From assembly GCA_036403745.1 (NCBI GenBank), contig DASWQI010000007.1: 64,000 nt of DNA; one strand, 5' to 3'. The stretch is from Allosphingosinicella sp. GTDB taxonomy: Bacteria; Pseudomonadota; Alphaproteobacteria; Sphingomonadales; Sphingomonadaceae. Made by a program: the position numbers and the translations under genes. Shown here in pieces: positions 22,573-34,127 of this stretch. Numbering within the stretch: the stretch's first letter is position 1; each line of letters opens with the position of its first letter. The notes beneath the pieces were generated by a model. That model had not been told where the DNA came from. It saw nothing but the letters and a program-made list of their open reading frames with translations, and ran no database searches.

Positions 22573-22801
22573 CGTCTTGACCCCGCGGCAATGCCGGATG
22601 GCACGTGCTGCTTTGCTTTGGTCCCGCGACGACTTAGCCGCGGCCTCAGGGGTGAGTTGGCGGACGATCACGAGGTTTGAGGCGGGGGAGTCAGTGCTGC
22701 CCCCGCGGGTTCAGGCGATGCGGCGGGCGCTGGAGGCCTCCGGAACCGTCTTTATCGACAGCGGCCGTCTCGTCGGCGGTGTTATCCCGCCACGCGACTA
22801 G
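22562..22801 (+). CDS. XRE-family helix-turn-helix transcriptional regulator (79 aa)
   Basis: In-frame ATG at 22562 (MEYAVLTPRQCRMARAALLWSRDDLAAASGVSWRTITRFEAGESVLPPRVQAMRRALEASGTVF) inside track ORF 22454..22801. Confidence 0.7.
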   Translation: MEYAVLTPRQCRMARAALLWSRDDLAAASGVSWRTITRFEAGESVLPPRVQAMRRALEASGTVFIDSGRLVGGVIPPRD

Positions 22802-22963
22802 ATCTTCGCGACCTTTGAAGACGCAGGTTGGCAAAGTACCTATCCATGTGAATGGCACGTCTCGCCCGTTTGAACCCCTGCAATTTCTTACCCGCCACGG
22901 CCACTGCACAAGACACCGACGGAAAGATCCTAACGAAAGCGGCAAGGCGAGATACGGCTTAAG

Positions 22964-25396
22964 CTACCATTCCGGCCGCTCCGGCCGTAGATCAAAAAGC
23001 ACCACCTCGGATAGATTGCGTCTCTTAGATTTGAAGAAAGCAGTCGCGCGTCCTCGCACAAAAGGAGCCACCTCTTCCAAAACGTCATCGACAGAGAGCC
23101 AAAGATGCTTATCAACAGCATCGATCTCCTCGTACATCATGTCCTCGATGCCTAAGCCGACTTCTATCATGACGCCATGGCAGTAGTCTCTCAGTCCGTA
23201 CCAGCTGAACTCGAATACTAGATCGTCGCCACGCAGGCGTGGGCCAATGAGAGCAGATCTGGCTATATCCAGAAGCTCTCCAGACTCTCGTTGATTGAGC
23301 ATCAATCGCTCGTCATCCTGAGCTGGCTCTATAGCGTCGAAGAGACGCGTGAGGAGTGCCGCCGCAACACGAACAGCATACCGCGCCTCATTGACCGTAC
23401 AGCCGCCCCGCAAGAACCCCCCTGGCGCAATTGCGGTGACAAGCAAGGCACCTTCCACTGGCCTTGACCGAGAAAGCTCGCCTGGCGCATTCGCGAGAGC
23501 CGTAGGCCCAGGGTGAAACGACTCACCAAGAGACCTAAGGAGGGCCTTCCAATGAGAGCCCGGCAGCAGGGAATCTGCTGCTTTGTAAGGCGACCCGACG
23601 GCTTCGCACAAGAACCGAAGGTAGTTTACTTTAACCACGCAACAAACTCGGCTAAATGCTTCTATCCGGGGCCGGCCGTCAAACTGCCCTATTTTGTCGG
23701 AGAGGAAGTCATATACCCCCGGGCTGAAAATCCTGTTGTTTTGGGCATGGTCCGCCCCCGACGGTTCTTCTTTGAAGATTCCGAACGCAACGAGGAACTC
23801 TGCGAACGAGCGATGTGGGAAATAGAATATATCACCGGGCTTGCGGTCTAAGAAAGAGCCCGAGAGTGCCTCCCGGAGCATACCCTCATCCTCGTCCTCA
23901 CCATAGTCGGGGAGGGCACGCAGGACGCTCTCTGGAAGCTCATCGGGGGTGAAGAAAGACGCCCCGTCCTTCTCGAGCCAAATCCAGCGAGCTATTCGGC
24001 GAACGAACTCGAAACGAGTATCGTCAGAAAGCTCCTTCCTTGCCTCCTTCATATTCTCCCGTTCAATCAACAGTGCAAAAAACGCCTCGTACAAATTCCA
24101 GCGCGATAGATTTGAGGCTAACGTACTCAAATCACCGCTGCGCGACGATGCGATGTCCGCAAGAAGTTTAACGTGCACTGGACGCGAAAAGAGTTCGGGA
24201 TCTAATTCCACTATTGCACGAATCTGGCGGAGGCAGACGGCCTTCTCGGCGGCCGATATCTCCGGCACAATAGGCTTAGATGCCGAATGGACAACATAAC
24301 GGGTCACGAAACTCTCAATTTCGTCGATCGTGAACTCTTGAAGCTCAAATTCCTGAAATGAGGGCCAGCCGGGTACTGAGACTAACAGGTCGCCCGATAT
24401 GGGCCTCAAGCCCCGCAACGCGTAATTATACTCAGCATCTGAGAGAAAGGCCGACGGACGACCTAGCAGGACGACCTTGGATTTCGGGACAACCAGCTGG
24501 TTCAGTTCTTGCAACTGCAGCCTGAAGTCACCCCATTTCATGGCGTGTTTCATTTCGTCAAAACCATCCAGCACCACGACAAAGCGTCCGCGCTGATTGA
24601 AGTCTGTGAATCTTGAGAAAGAATATCCGCGCACGCTAAATTCACTGGTGAAGAGTGCGCCAAGCAGCCCGTCAAGAGATGCGAACCTGCCGATGTTACC
24701 AAGTTTTATTAGGATAGGCCTCCGAACGTGCGGATCAGCTATAGACTGAGTAGCCAAGTCACTGACAAGCCGCTTCGCGAAGCTCGTCTTGCCAGCGCCA
24801 TACCCACCTAAAATCGCAACTGGAGCAGTCTCGCAAGGATCTGCAGCCCAGTTGCGCAGAGAGTTTATGAGTAAATCTACGTGATCGGATAACTCCCTTG
24901 TGCCGTCTGTCTCATACCATACAGATTTAGCGCGAGCCTCTACATAGTATTGACTCAGCCCGTCCGATGAAAACGAGTCACGGAGTGACGTTATATATGG
25001 AAGTAGTCCCAAGACCTCATTCTCTAGCTCCCAAATGGTTAAGTGACGAATTGCAGGCTGTTCGTCAACGAAAGCCGCCGCGTCGGTTGTAAGGCCATTT
25101 CTGGAGACAATAAGCAACTTACAAGGGTCTTGGAGACCTACGATTCCGGAATAATCCGACCAAACGCGCGCCACATGATCACGAGTGAGTCTCCTTCTAT
25201 AATCTTTGCACTCAACAAGGAGCGTCGTGTCGCGGCCTAAGTCTTTCACCGAGAATACTGCGTCTACTTTCTTACCGGCCACTCTCATCTCGCATTTGCC
25301 TTGGCCATACACCTGTGAGAGGAAGCTCATCGCTTCGTTTCTAAGTGCCGCGCCGGGCACATGGGCATCCGCTAAAAGACTATCAGGAGCGGCCAT
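22964..25396 (-). CDS. NLR-like STAND protein: PD-(D/E)xK nuclease-like N-terminus, NACHT NTPase core and an unassigned C-terminal domain (810 aa)
   Basis: ATG at 25396 preceded by AGGAAG. Motifs: VD45...E62-C-K64; GGYGAGKT (aa 197-204); FVVVLDGFDE (aa 272-281); VLLGRP; FPHRSFAEFLVA (aa 526-537). The region is AT-richer than its flanks. The 1849-aa track ORF continues antisense into acnA and is an artefact. Confidence 0.85.
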   Translation of the reverse strand: MAAPDSLLADAHVPGAALRNEAMSFLSQVYGQGKCEMRVAGKKVDAVFSVKDLGRDTTLLVECKDYRRRLTRDHVARVWSDYSGIVGLQDPCKLLIVSRNGLTTDAAAFVDEQPAIRHLTIWELENEVLGLLPYITSLRDSFSSDGLSQYYVEARAKSVWYETDGTRELSDHVDLLINSLRNWAADPCETAPVAILGGYGAGKTSFAKRLVSDLATQSIADPHVRRPILIKLGNIGRFASLDGLLGALFTSEFSVRGYSFSRFTDFNQRGRFVVVLDGFDEMKHAMKWGDFRLQLQELNQLVVPKSKVVLLGRPSAFLSDAEYNYALRGLRPISGDLLVSVPGWPSFQEFELQEFTIDEIESFVTRYVVHSASKPIVPEISAAEKAVCLRQIRAIVELDPELFSRPVHVKLLADIASSRSGDLSTLASNLSRWNLYEAFFALLIERENMKEARKELSDDTRFEFVRRIARWIWLEKDGASFFTPDELPESVLRALPDYGEDEDEGMLREALSGSFLDRKPGDIFYFPHRSFAEFLVAFGIFKEEPSGADHAQNNRIFSPGVYDFLSDKIGQFDGRPRIEAFSRVCCVVKVNYLRFLCEAVGSPYKAADSLLPGSHWKALLRSLGESFHPGPTALANAPGELSRSRPVEGALLVTAIAPGGFLRGGCTVNEARYAVRVAAALLTRLFDAIEPAQDDERLMLNQRESGELLDIARSALIGPRLRGDDLVFEFSWYGLRDYCHGVMIEVGLGIEDMMYEEIDAVDKHLWLSVDDVLEEVAPFVRGRATAFFKSKRRNLSEVVLFDLRPERPEW

Positions 25397-25742
25397 TTCG
25401 ATCTTCCTAAGCTTGAGGGTTTCGATGTTGAGCCGCACGCGCCCTGCGGTCAATGCGCGCGTCCTGTTTCTGTAGACCCATCTTGTCGCAGGCCGTGTGA
25501 GCACTTTCGAGCGGGATGCGTACTGAAGCTGACACCGGTCGCGGCGGGCGACCAGCCGGCCGCCTCCCCACAGCTGGCGTTCCGACTTTGGAAAGGGGGG
25601 TAAAGGTTGCGGTCCACCTGCGAACCTGGAGCTGCTGCGCCGTGTTTCGCCTCGCATTGTAGGCTGAAACAAGTTCAGCAGGACGGGCGGGCGACTTCCG
25701 GACCCTTCCAACCCCTGCCGTGCGTTGCTAGAGCGCACCCAA

Positions 25743-25801
25743 ATTCCGCAGATTGCGGAATGGCGATTTTCTCCTGCGCATGCCGGACAGCCCGCATGCG
25801 C
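25743..25801 (+). promoter_or_regulatory. two 8-bp perfect inverted repeats in the acnA upstream/leader region
   Basis: ATTCCGCA-GAT-TGCGGAAT at 25743-25761 and GCGCATGC-N10-GCATGCGC at 25776-25801, 19-77 nt upstream of the acnA ATG. Confidence 0.3.
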
Positions 25802-25819
25802 CGTACCGAAAGGCCCCCG

Positions 25820-28540
<2,721 letters not shown>

Positions 28541-28617
28541 GCGGGATCGAGCTCCTCGTCGAAATCCTCGGCTGGGCCGGGGCGCTGCTGATCCTGGCGG
28601 CGTACCTCCTGCTTTCG

Positions 28618-28806
28618 ATGGGCCGCCTCACCGGCCAGTCGGCGCTCTACCAGGCGATGAACGTCGCCGGCGCGGCCGGGTTCGTCGTCAACGGCTGGTG
28701 GCACCGCGCCGTGCCTTCGGCCTCGCTGAACGTAGTATGGGCGCTGATCGGAGGAGTGGCCCTGTGGCGGATCTGGCGGAAAGGCTCGTCGACCTCAGCC
28801 ATGTGA
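28618..28806 (+). CDS. small membrane protein (CBU_0592-like by recollection); the annotated ATG probably truncates the first TM helix
   Basis: Track ORF of 62 aa. The same frame stays open back to 28541 and encodes GIELLVEILGWAGALLILAAYLLLS, a plausible first TM helix. There is no ATG/GTG/TTG in that stretch; only ATC at 28546 or CTG at 28537 are available. Confidence 0.55.
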   Translation: MGRLTGQSALYQAMNVAGAAGFVVNGWWHRAVPSASLNVVWALIGGVALWRIWRKGSSTSAM

Positions 28807-29426
28807 TCGAGGACGGGATGACGACCTACAAAGGTCTTCCCGGCCCGCACATCTGCGACTTCTGGAGCCGCGCGCTCTCGGCCGAATTCTACGACGACGG
28901 CGCAACCTTCCAGATCGGCCGGATCGACATGGTCGCCAACACCGGCACCTATCTCGACGCCCCGTTCCACCGTTTCGAGGAGGGCGCCGACCTCGCCGCT
29001 TTGGCGCTGGAGCAGCTCGCGCGGCTCCCGGGCGTAGTGGTGCGGTCGGAGGGGCCGGCGATCGGGCCGGAGCTGTTCGACGGACTGGATGTGCGGGGCA
29101 AGGCCGTGCTGGTCCACACCGGCTGGGACCGCCACTGGCGGACGGAGGCCTATCAGAGCGGCCATCCCTTCCTCACCGAAGCGGCGGCGCGCCTGCTGGT
29201 CGAAGGGGGCGCGAAGCTCGTCGGCATCGACAGCCACAATATCGACGACACGGCCCGGCGGGCGCGGCCGGTCCACACCGCCCTGCTGGGCGCTGGCATC
29301 CTCATTTGCGAGCACATGACCAACTTGGGGGCGCTGCCGGACGAGGGATTCCGCTTCTATGCCATGCCGCCGAAGGTCGCCCGAATGGGCACCTTCCCGG
29401 TGCGGGCGTTCGCGGCGATCAGCTGA
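28737..29426 (+). CDS. cyclase family protein (kynurenine formamidase-like fold)
   Basis: Track ORF 28698..29426. Candidate starts are ATG 28737 and GTG 28764. VDLSHVIEDGMTTYKGLP, DAPFH and LVGIDSHNIDD resemble the cyclase/arylformamidase family. Confidence 0.75.
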   Translation: MGADRRSGPVADLAERLVDLSHVIEDGMTTYKGLPGPHICDFWSRALSAEFYDDGATFQIGRIDMVANTGTYLDAPFHRFEEGADLAALALEQLARLPGVVVRSEGPAIGPELFDGLDVRGKAVLVHTGWDRHWRTEAYQSGHPFLTEAAARLLVEGGAKLVGIDSHNIDDTARRARPVHTALLGAGILICEHMTNLGALPDEGFRFYAMPPKVARMGTFPVRAFAAIS

Positions 29427-30132
29427 GCGCCGGCGCCAGCCAGCCGGGCATAATGGCAGAGCCGAGGTCCTCGACGCGCCGGTGCTCCACGGCGAGGCCC
29501 AGCCCCGGATAAAAGGCGCGCGTCCGTTCTCCGGGCGCCTCTGCCGGGACGACGACGAGGCGTCGGTTCACCTTCGACCGATAGTTCATACGGGCGGTAT
29601 TTTCCTGGCCGACATAGCAGCCCTTGGTGAAGCTGACGCCGTTCAGCTCGCCGGCGTTGCATTCGAGCCAGAGAATCTTGTCCGAGCCGAACTCGGCCCG
29701 TCCTTCGGTCACCCCGAGCGACAGGCGGTGGCGGAGCCAGCCTTCGGCGGCTTCACCGGCCGGCGCGAGCCAGCGGCGGCCGAGGTCCGGCAGGCGGGGA
29801 TCGGGCAAGCCTTGTGCGCCGTCCGCCGACCAATGCACGGCGAGGCCTTCTTCGCGGGCGATGCCGATCTTGCGGCGCAGGCGGTAGAGGGTCAGGCGCT
29901 TCGCCAAGTCGGCCGCCGCCTCCGCTTCGCAGTCGATCAGCACGTCGTCGTCGGCGGCCCAGAGGAGAAAATCGAACAAAGCCTTGCCCTGCGGCGTCAG
30001 CAGCCCGGCCCAGAGCGGACGATCCGGGGCGAGGAGGGTCACATCATGGGTGACGAGCCCCTGCAGGAAGGGCCGCACCTCCTCGCCCGAGAGGCGGAGG
30101 AGGGCACGGTCTGAAAGGGTGGTCGCGGCCAT
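29419..30132 (-). CDS. ygfZ: folate-binding YgfZ/CAF17 family protein
   Basis: ATG at 30132 ([31 protein letters not shown]) with the diagnostic [10 protein letters not shown] motif. The longer track ORF 29419..31944 is an antisense run-on. Confidence 0.85.
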   Translation of the reverse strand: MAATTLSDRALLRLSGEEVRPFLQGLVTHDVTLLAPDRPLWAGLLTPQGKALFDFLLWAADDDVLIDCEAEAAADLAKRLTLYRLRRKIGIAREEGLAVHWSADGAQGLPDPRLPDLGRRWLAPAGEAAEGWLRHRLSLGVTEGRAEFGSDKILWLECNAGELNGVSFTKGCYVGQENTARMNYRSKVNRRLVVVPAEAPGERTRAFYPGLGLAVEHRRVEDLGSAIMPGWLAPALS

Positions 30133-30165
30133 GCACCCTTGATAGGGAGCCGGAGCGCCGATCCC

Positions 30166-30203
30166 AAGGGAGCCGATGCCAAAGGAGCCGATGCCAAAGA
30201 GCC
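30166..30203. repeat. 15-bp tandem repeat, about 2.5 copies, in the ygfZ-pyrC divergent intergenic region
   Basis: AAGGGAGCCGATGCC / AAAGGAGCCGATGCC / AAAGAGCC. A related GGGAGCCGGAGCGCCGATCCC lies just upstream at 30145-30165. Confidence 0.7.
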
Positions 30204-30204
30204 T

Positions 30205-31245
30205 ATGATCGACCGCCTCACCCTCCGCCGGCCCGACGACTGGCACGTCCACCTCCGCGACGGAGCGATGCTGGAGGCGGTGGCGCCCTACACCGCCCGG
30301 CAGTTCGCCCGCGCCATCGTCATGCCGAACCTCGATCCGCCGGTGACGACGGTCGCGGCGGCCGACGCCTATCGCGCGCGCATCCTCGCCGCCACCGAGG
30401 GCACGGGTTTCACCCCGCTGATGACCTGCTACCTCACCGACGAGGCGGACCCGGCGGAGCTTGCGCGCGGCTTCGAGAGCGGCGTCTTCACGGCGGCCAA
30501 GCTGTATCCGGCCAACGCGACGACCAACTCCGCGCACGGGGTGACGGCCATCGCGAACATCCAAGCCGCGCTCGAGGCGATGCAGCGGCTGGGCATGCCG
30601 CTCCTCGTCCACGGCGAGGTCACCGATCCGGACATCGACATATTCGACCGGGAGAGGGTGTTCATCGAGCGCACGCTGGGGGCTTTGGTGCGGGATTTCC
30701 CGGCGCTGAAGATCGTGCTGGAGCACATTACGACCGCCGAGGCCGTCGCCTTTGTCGAAGCGGCCGGTCCGAACATCGCCGCCACCATCACCCCGCAGCA
30801 CCTCCTCATCAACCGCAACGCACTGTTCGCCGGCGGCCTCAGACCGCACGCTTACTGCCTCCCCGTCGCCAAGCGCGAGGAGCACCGCCTCGCCGTCCGC
30901 CGCGCCGCCACCTCCGGCTCGCCGAAATTCTTCCTCGGCACCGACAGCGCTCCGCACAGCGTCGAGCGCAAGGAGAGCGCCTGCGGCTGCGCCGGCATCT
31001 TCAACGCCCCCTACGCCCTCGAAACCTACGCAGCCGTCTTCGACGAAGACGGCGCCCTCGGTCATTTTGAGGCGTTCGCGTCGGAGAACGGGCCCCGGTT
31101 CTACGGGCTGCCGCCGAACGAGGGGACGCTGACGCTGGAGCGGGCGGAGGTTGCGGTTCCGGACCGCGTCGGGGGCGGAGAAGCCGGGCTGGTCCCGTTC
31201 CGCGCCGGTGAAACGCTCCCCTGGCGCCGTGCCGGGTCGGCCTGA
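30205..31245 (+). CDS. pyrC: dihydroorotase, homodimeric type
   Basis: In-frame ATG at 30205 ([20 protein letters not shown]) inside track ORF 30139..31245. LGTDSAPH is also present. Confidence 0.9.
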   Translation: MIDRLTLRRPDDWHVHLRDGAMLEAVAPYTARQFARAIVMPNLDPPVTTVAAADAYRARILAATEGTGFTPLMTCYLTDEADPAELARGFESGVFTAAKLYPANATTNSAHGVTAIANIQAALEAMQRLGMPLLVHGEVTDPDIDIFDRERVFIERTLGALVRDFPALKIVLEHITTAEAVAFVEAAGPNIAATITPQHLLINRNALFAGGLRPHAYCLPVAKREEHRLAVRRAATSGSPKFFLGTDSAPHSVERKESACGCAGIFNAPYALETYAAVFDEDGALGHFEAFASENGPRFYGLPPNEGTLTLERAEVAVPDRVGGGEAGLVPFRAGETLPWRRAGSA

Positions 31246-32894
31246 GCGGGCGACCGCCAGCGCCGCACCGCGTATTGTTTCGGCGCATCGGCGAGCGGCT
31301 TTCGGCATGGCGCGGCGTGGCTCCTGCCGTCGCCCGTCACCAAAACAACGGCCTCGCCGGACGCGCACTTCTTTTGGACAGCGGCGTAGGTGTCGGCGGT
31401 GAGCGCCACCGGATCGCCGCCCTCGATGCTCTTGAGCACAGGATCGCCCGCCAAATCTCCGCAGCCGGCCGGCGTCTGCAGCCTGATCTGAGCGGGACCC
31501 GTGTAGAAGCCGAAGCCCTCGCCCTCCGCAAGCCGGGTGCAGCTCTGGCCCAGCACGTGGAAGAGCAGCGCCATCCTGCGGCCAGCCGGCGTCACCTCCT
31601 GCTCGATCTGCGCGCCCAGCCGGTTCAGCGCCCGTGGGAGCTCGTCCCAACGGGCGGGGCCGCTCCGCTCGACGAGCAGGGCGGCGGGGAGGAAGCCCTC
31701 CGCGTGTGCGATCCCGGCGGCGGCATAGAAATCGCTCACGCCGTAGGTCTTGGCGCGCGACGGACGGGCCTTCCGGATCGTCGCCCCCCACACATCGAGG
31801 ATCGTCGCCTTGGGGCGCGCCTGTCGCACCGCAAGATCCACAGCCCATTGCAGGACCATCCCGCAGGGATAGCGGATCCGGTTGGTCAGGAAGCCAATCT
31901 GCGAAAGCCCCCTGTCGCCCGCTGCCTCGACCCCGATGCGGCAACGATTGAGGGCGTCGGCGAGTTGGCCTGCGACAGCGCGATCACCGGCCGCACCCGG
32001 CGCGGTGGTGGCAAGAAGCGCCACATAATCGGCACCGCCCTCGTGAAGCCATGTCGGCGTGCCATCGGCAGGCGACGCGATGCCGCCGTTCCAGAAGTGG
32101 AAGGCTTCGTGGAAGATGAACGTGCGGATCTTCGCTGCCGTCTGCGGATCGCGCGTCTTCCAGGCATCGCCGTGGAATCGGATGGTCACTACCGCCCCCG
32201 GTGTCGCATCGCCGACATTATAGCTGCGACCGCCGCCGAAATGCCGCAATACGAGCAGCGGCGTGCGTCGCGGCGCGACCCCCATCGCCTTGCGGTAGAC
32301 CGCGACGGCGGAGGCAAGGTCGCTGCGGACTTCGGCAACCAGCCATGCCGGGGTCGCCGGATCGGCAGCGACATCGAGGCCTCGGGCGCGGTTGAGCAGC
32401 GGCGTCGGGCCGATGAACACCATCCCATCGCTAACCTCTCCCGTCGACGGGGCCCGCACCTGGCCCGGCGACGTCTTGAACCTCATCGTCGTCCGCCAGG
32501 CCGAGGCCTTGCCCAGCAGTGCCGGCGCGTAGAGCACGCCGCCGCCGCCGATCGCGACGAAAGCGGGATATTTCGCGTCGTGCTCCTCGGCGGTCGGGCG
32601 GATGCGGATCTCAAACCGGCGGAACCGAGCAGGCGCCGTGACGGCGTCTCCGGCGAAGGTCAGTCCCGGCGTCACCATTTCGAAATCGTCGGATCGAAGA
32701 ACGGTATCGCCTTCGAACGCGAATCGGGAGACGGGCCGATCGAGGAGGAACAGGGCATGCGCTCCGTCCGCTTTCACCTCCACGACAACCTCAGCCTTCC
32801 CGCGCGGCGCCTCCGCCGCAGGGACCGGCGTCGTCCATACGAGCCCAGCCCACAGCGCGAGGATCATTCCCGGCGCCCACCCCAACACGATCAT
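31101..32894 (-). CDS. secreted gluzincin-type metallopeptidase-like protein (HEXXH-X18-E; M1/M61-like)
   Basis: Track ORF of 597 aa with a hydrophobic N-terminus ([28 protein letters not shown]). [30 protein letters not shown] has exactly 18 residues between the second His and the Glu. The 3' end overlaps pyrC by 145 nt. Confidence 0.7.
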   Translation of the reverse strand: MIVLGWAPGMILALWAGLVWTTPVPAAEAPRGKAEVVVEVKADGAHALFLLDRPVSRFAFEGDTVLRSDDFEMVTPGLTFAGDAVTAPARFRRFEIRIRPTAEEHDAKYPAFVAIGGGGVLYAPALLGKASAWRTTMRFKTSPGQVRAPSTGEVSDGMVFIGPTPLLNRARGLDVAADPATPAWLVAEVRSDLASAVAVYRKAMGVAPRRTPLLVLRHFGGGRSYNVGDATPGAVVTIRFHGDAWKTRDPQTAAKIRTFIFHEAFHFWNGGIASPADGTPTWLHEGGADYVALLATTAPGAAGDRAVAGQLADALNRCRIGVEAAGDRGLSQIGFLTNRIRYPCGMVLQWAVDLAVRQARPKATILDVWGATIRKARPSRAKTYGVSDFYAAAGIAHAEGFLPAALLVERSGPARWDELPRALNRLGAQIEQEVTPAGRRMALLFHVLGQSCTRLAEGEGFGFYTGPAQIRLQTPAGCGDLAGDPVLKSIEGGDPVALTADTYAAVQKKCASGEAVVLVTGDGRSHAAPCRKPLADAPKQYAVRRWRSPAQADPARRQGSVSPARNGTSPASPPPTRSGTATSARSSVSVPSFGGSP

Positions 32895-32957
32895 CGCCGC
32901 TCCTGCCCCTGCATCTCCGTCACGAGGCTAACGCCGCGCCCTCTCCTTGTCGCAACG

Positions 32958-32992
32958 AAAAAACCCGGCCGCTCCGTTGGGAGCAGCCGGGT
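32958..32992 (-). terminator. rho-independent terminator of the cold-shock gene
   Basis: The minus strand has a 13-bp stem with one mismatch (ACCCGGCTGCTCC / GGAGCGGCCGGGT), loop CAAC, then TTTTTTCG. It lies 28 nt after the csp stop. Confidence 0.75.
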
Positions 32993-33019
32993 TTCTTTCG
33001 CCCCACGAAGGGAAGTGGT

Positions 33020-33898
33020 TCAGCCGAGCGACTGCAGGTTCACGGCCGCCGTCTTGCCGCGGCGATCGACCTCGAGCTCGAACTCGACGCGGTCGCCCTC
33101 GTTGAGGCTCGACATGCCGGCACGCTCGACGGCCGAGATGTGGACGAAGGCGTCGGGCTGTCCGTCGTCGCGGCTGATGAAGCCGAAGCCCTTCATGGCG
33201 TTGAAGAACTTGACGGTGCCCTGGGCCTTTTCGCCGGTCAGCTGGCGCTGCGGTCCACCGCCGCCGGCGCCGCCGGCGCCGCCGAAGCCGCCTTCACGCG
33301 GCTCGCGCGGCGGAGCGCGATCTGTGACCGGCATCGGCTCGCCCTCGATCTTGAGGTCGGTCGCCGAGACGCGGCCGCCACGATCGACGAGGGTGAATTC
33401 GAGCGGCTGGCCTTCGGCAAGGCCGGTGAGGCCCGCCTGCTCGACCGCCGAAATGTGGACGAACACGTCCTCACCGCCGTCGTCGCGGACGATGAAGCCG
33501 AAGCCCTTTTGCCCGTTGAAGAATTTGACGATGCCCTTGCCCTGGCCGACGACCTGGGGGGGCATGCCGCCGCCACCGCCGCCGCCGCCGCCGCGGAAAC
33601 CACCGCCGCTGCCGCCGCCGCCGCCGAAGCCGCCGCCACCGCCGCCGCGGTAACCGCCGCCGCCGCCGCCACGATCGCCGTAGCTGCTGCCGCCGCCGCC
33701 GAAGCCGCCGCGATCGCCGCCGCCGCCGCCGTAGCCGCCACCGCCGCCACGGTAGCCGCCGCCGCCGCCGCCGCCGCCGAAGCCGCCCCGATCCTCAAAT
33801 CCGCCGCCGCCGCCGTAAATATCGTCGCCGCCGAAACCGTCGCGCTTGTCCCTGCCGCGCCCACCGCGCTCGCCGCGGCGTCCTCTATCGAAACCCAT
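33020..33898 (-). CDS. cold-shock protein with two CSD domains and an N-terminal RGG/Gly-rich region of about 111 aa
   Basis: Track ORF of 292 aa. Two KGIVKFFN..KGFGFI..VFVHISAV cold-shock modules are joined by a Gly-rich linker. The N-terminus consists of RGG/YGGGG/FGGGG repeats. An alternative start at M112 (about 33565) would remove the Gly-rich arm. Confidence 0.8.
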   Translation of the reverse strand: MGFDRGRRGERGGRGRDKRDGFGGDDIYGGGGGFEDRGGFGGGGGGGGYRGGGGGYGGGGGDRGGFGGGGSSYGDRGGGGGGYRGGGGGGFGGGGGSGGGFRGGGGGGGGGMPPQVVGQGKGIVKFFNGQKGFGFIVRDDGGEDVFVHISAVEQAGLTGLAEGQPLEFTLVDRGGRVSATDLKIEGEPMPVTDRAPPREPREGGFGGAGGAGGGGPQRQLTGEKAQGTVKFFNAMKGFGFISRDDGQPDAFVHISAVERAGMSSLNEGDRVEFELEVDRRGKTAAVNLQSLG

Positions 33899-34127
33899 GA
33901 TCCTCAGTTACTTTCCAGCGCCCTCGTCTCCCTTAGAACCACCGCGCTGGGCTGATCGCGCAAACGGCCTCATGCGCCACATCCACGGCACACTGCCGAC
34001 TCACATAGCCGAAGAATATGATTCGGGCGAGGGGATTCAGCTTCGTTCCTTCATCTGGCGTTCAGGCTGGCTCCCGCTCCCGCCTCGTGCCATGGCCGAA
34101 CCTTCAAAAGCAGGGCGTTGAACAGGC

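Noticed and set aside
23513-24299. 112-aa and 116-aa plus-strand ORFs inside the low-GC insert
   Set aside because: They are antisense to the NLR-like gene and have no SD or motifs. AT-richer DNA still leaves moderate-length open frames by chance.
31275-33653. 792-aa plus-strand ORF
   Set aside because: It is antisense to the gluzincin-like gene and the cold-shock gene. It ends in a poly-Pro tract that is simply the complement of the Gly-rich coding repeat.
33140-33955. Poly-Ala ORFs (271 aa on plus; 208 aa on minus at 33238..33864) over the GCC/GGC repeat
   Set aside because: They are alternative frames of the Gly-rich arm of the cold-shock gene. Only the Gly frame is contiguous with the two CSD domains.
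33899-34127. Possible yybP-ykoY (Mn) riboswitch or cold-shock 5'-UTR element in the 229-bp region between csp and the TerC-family gene
   Set aside because: TerC-family genes are often riboswitch-controlled, but I could not recognise the conserved riboswitch core by eye. Running cmscan against Rfam would be decisive.
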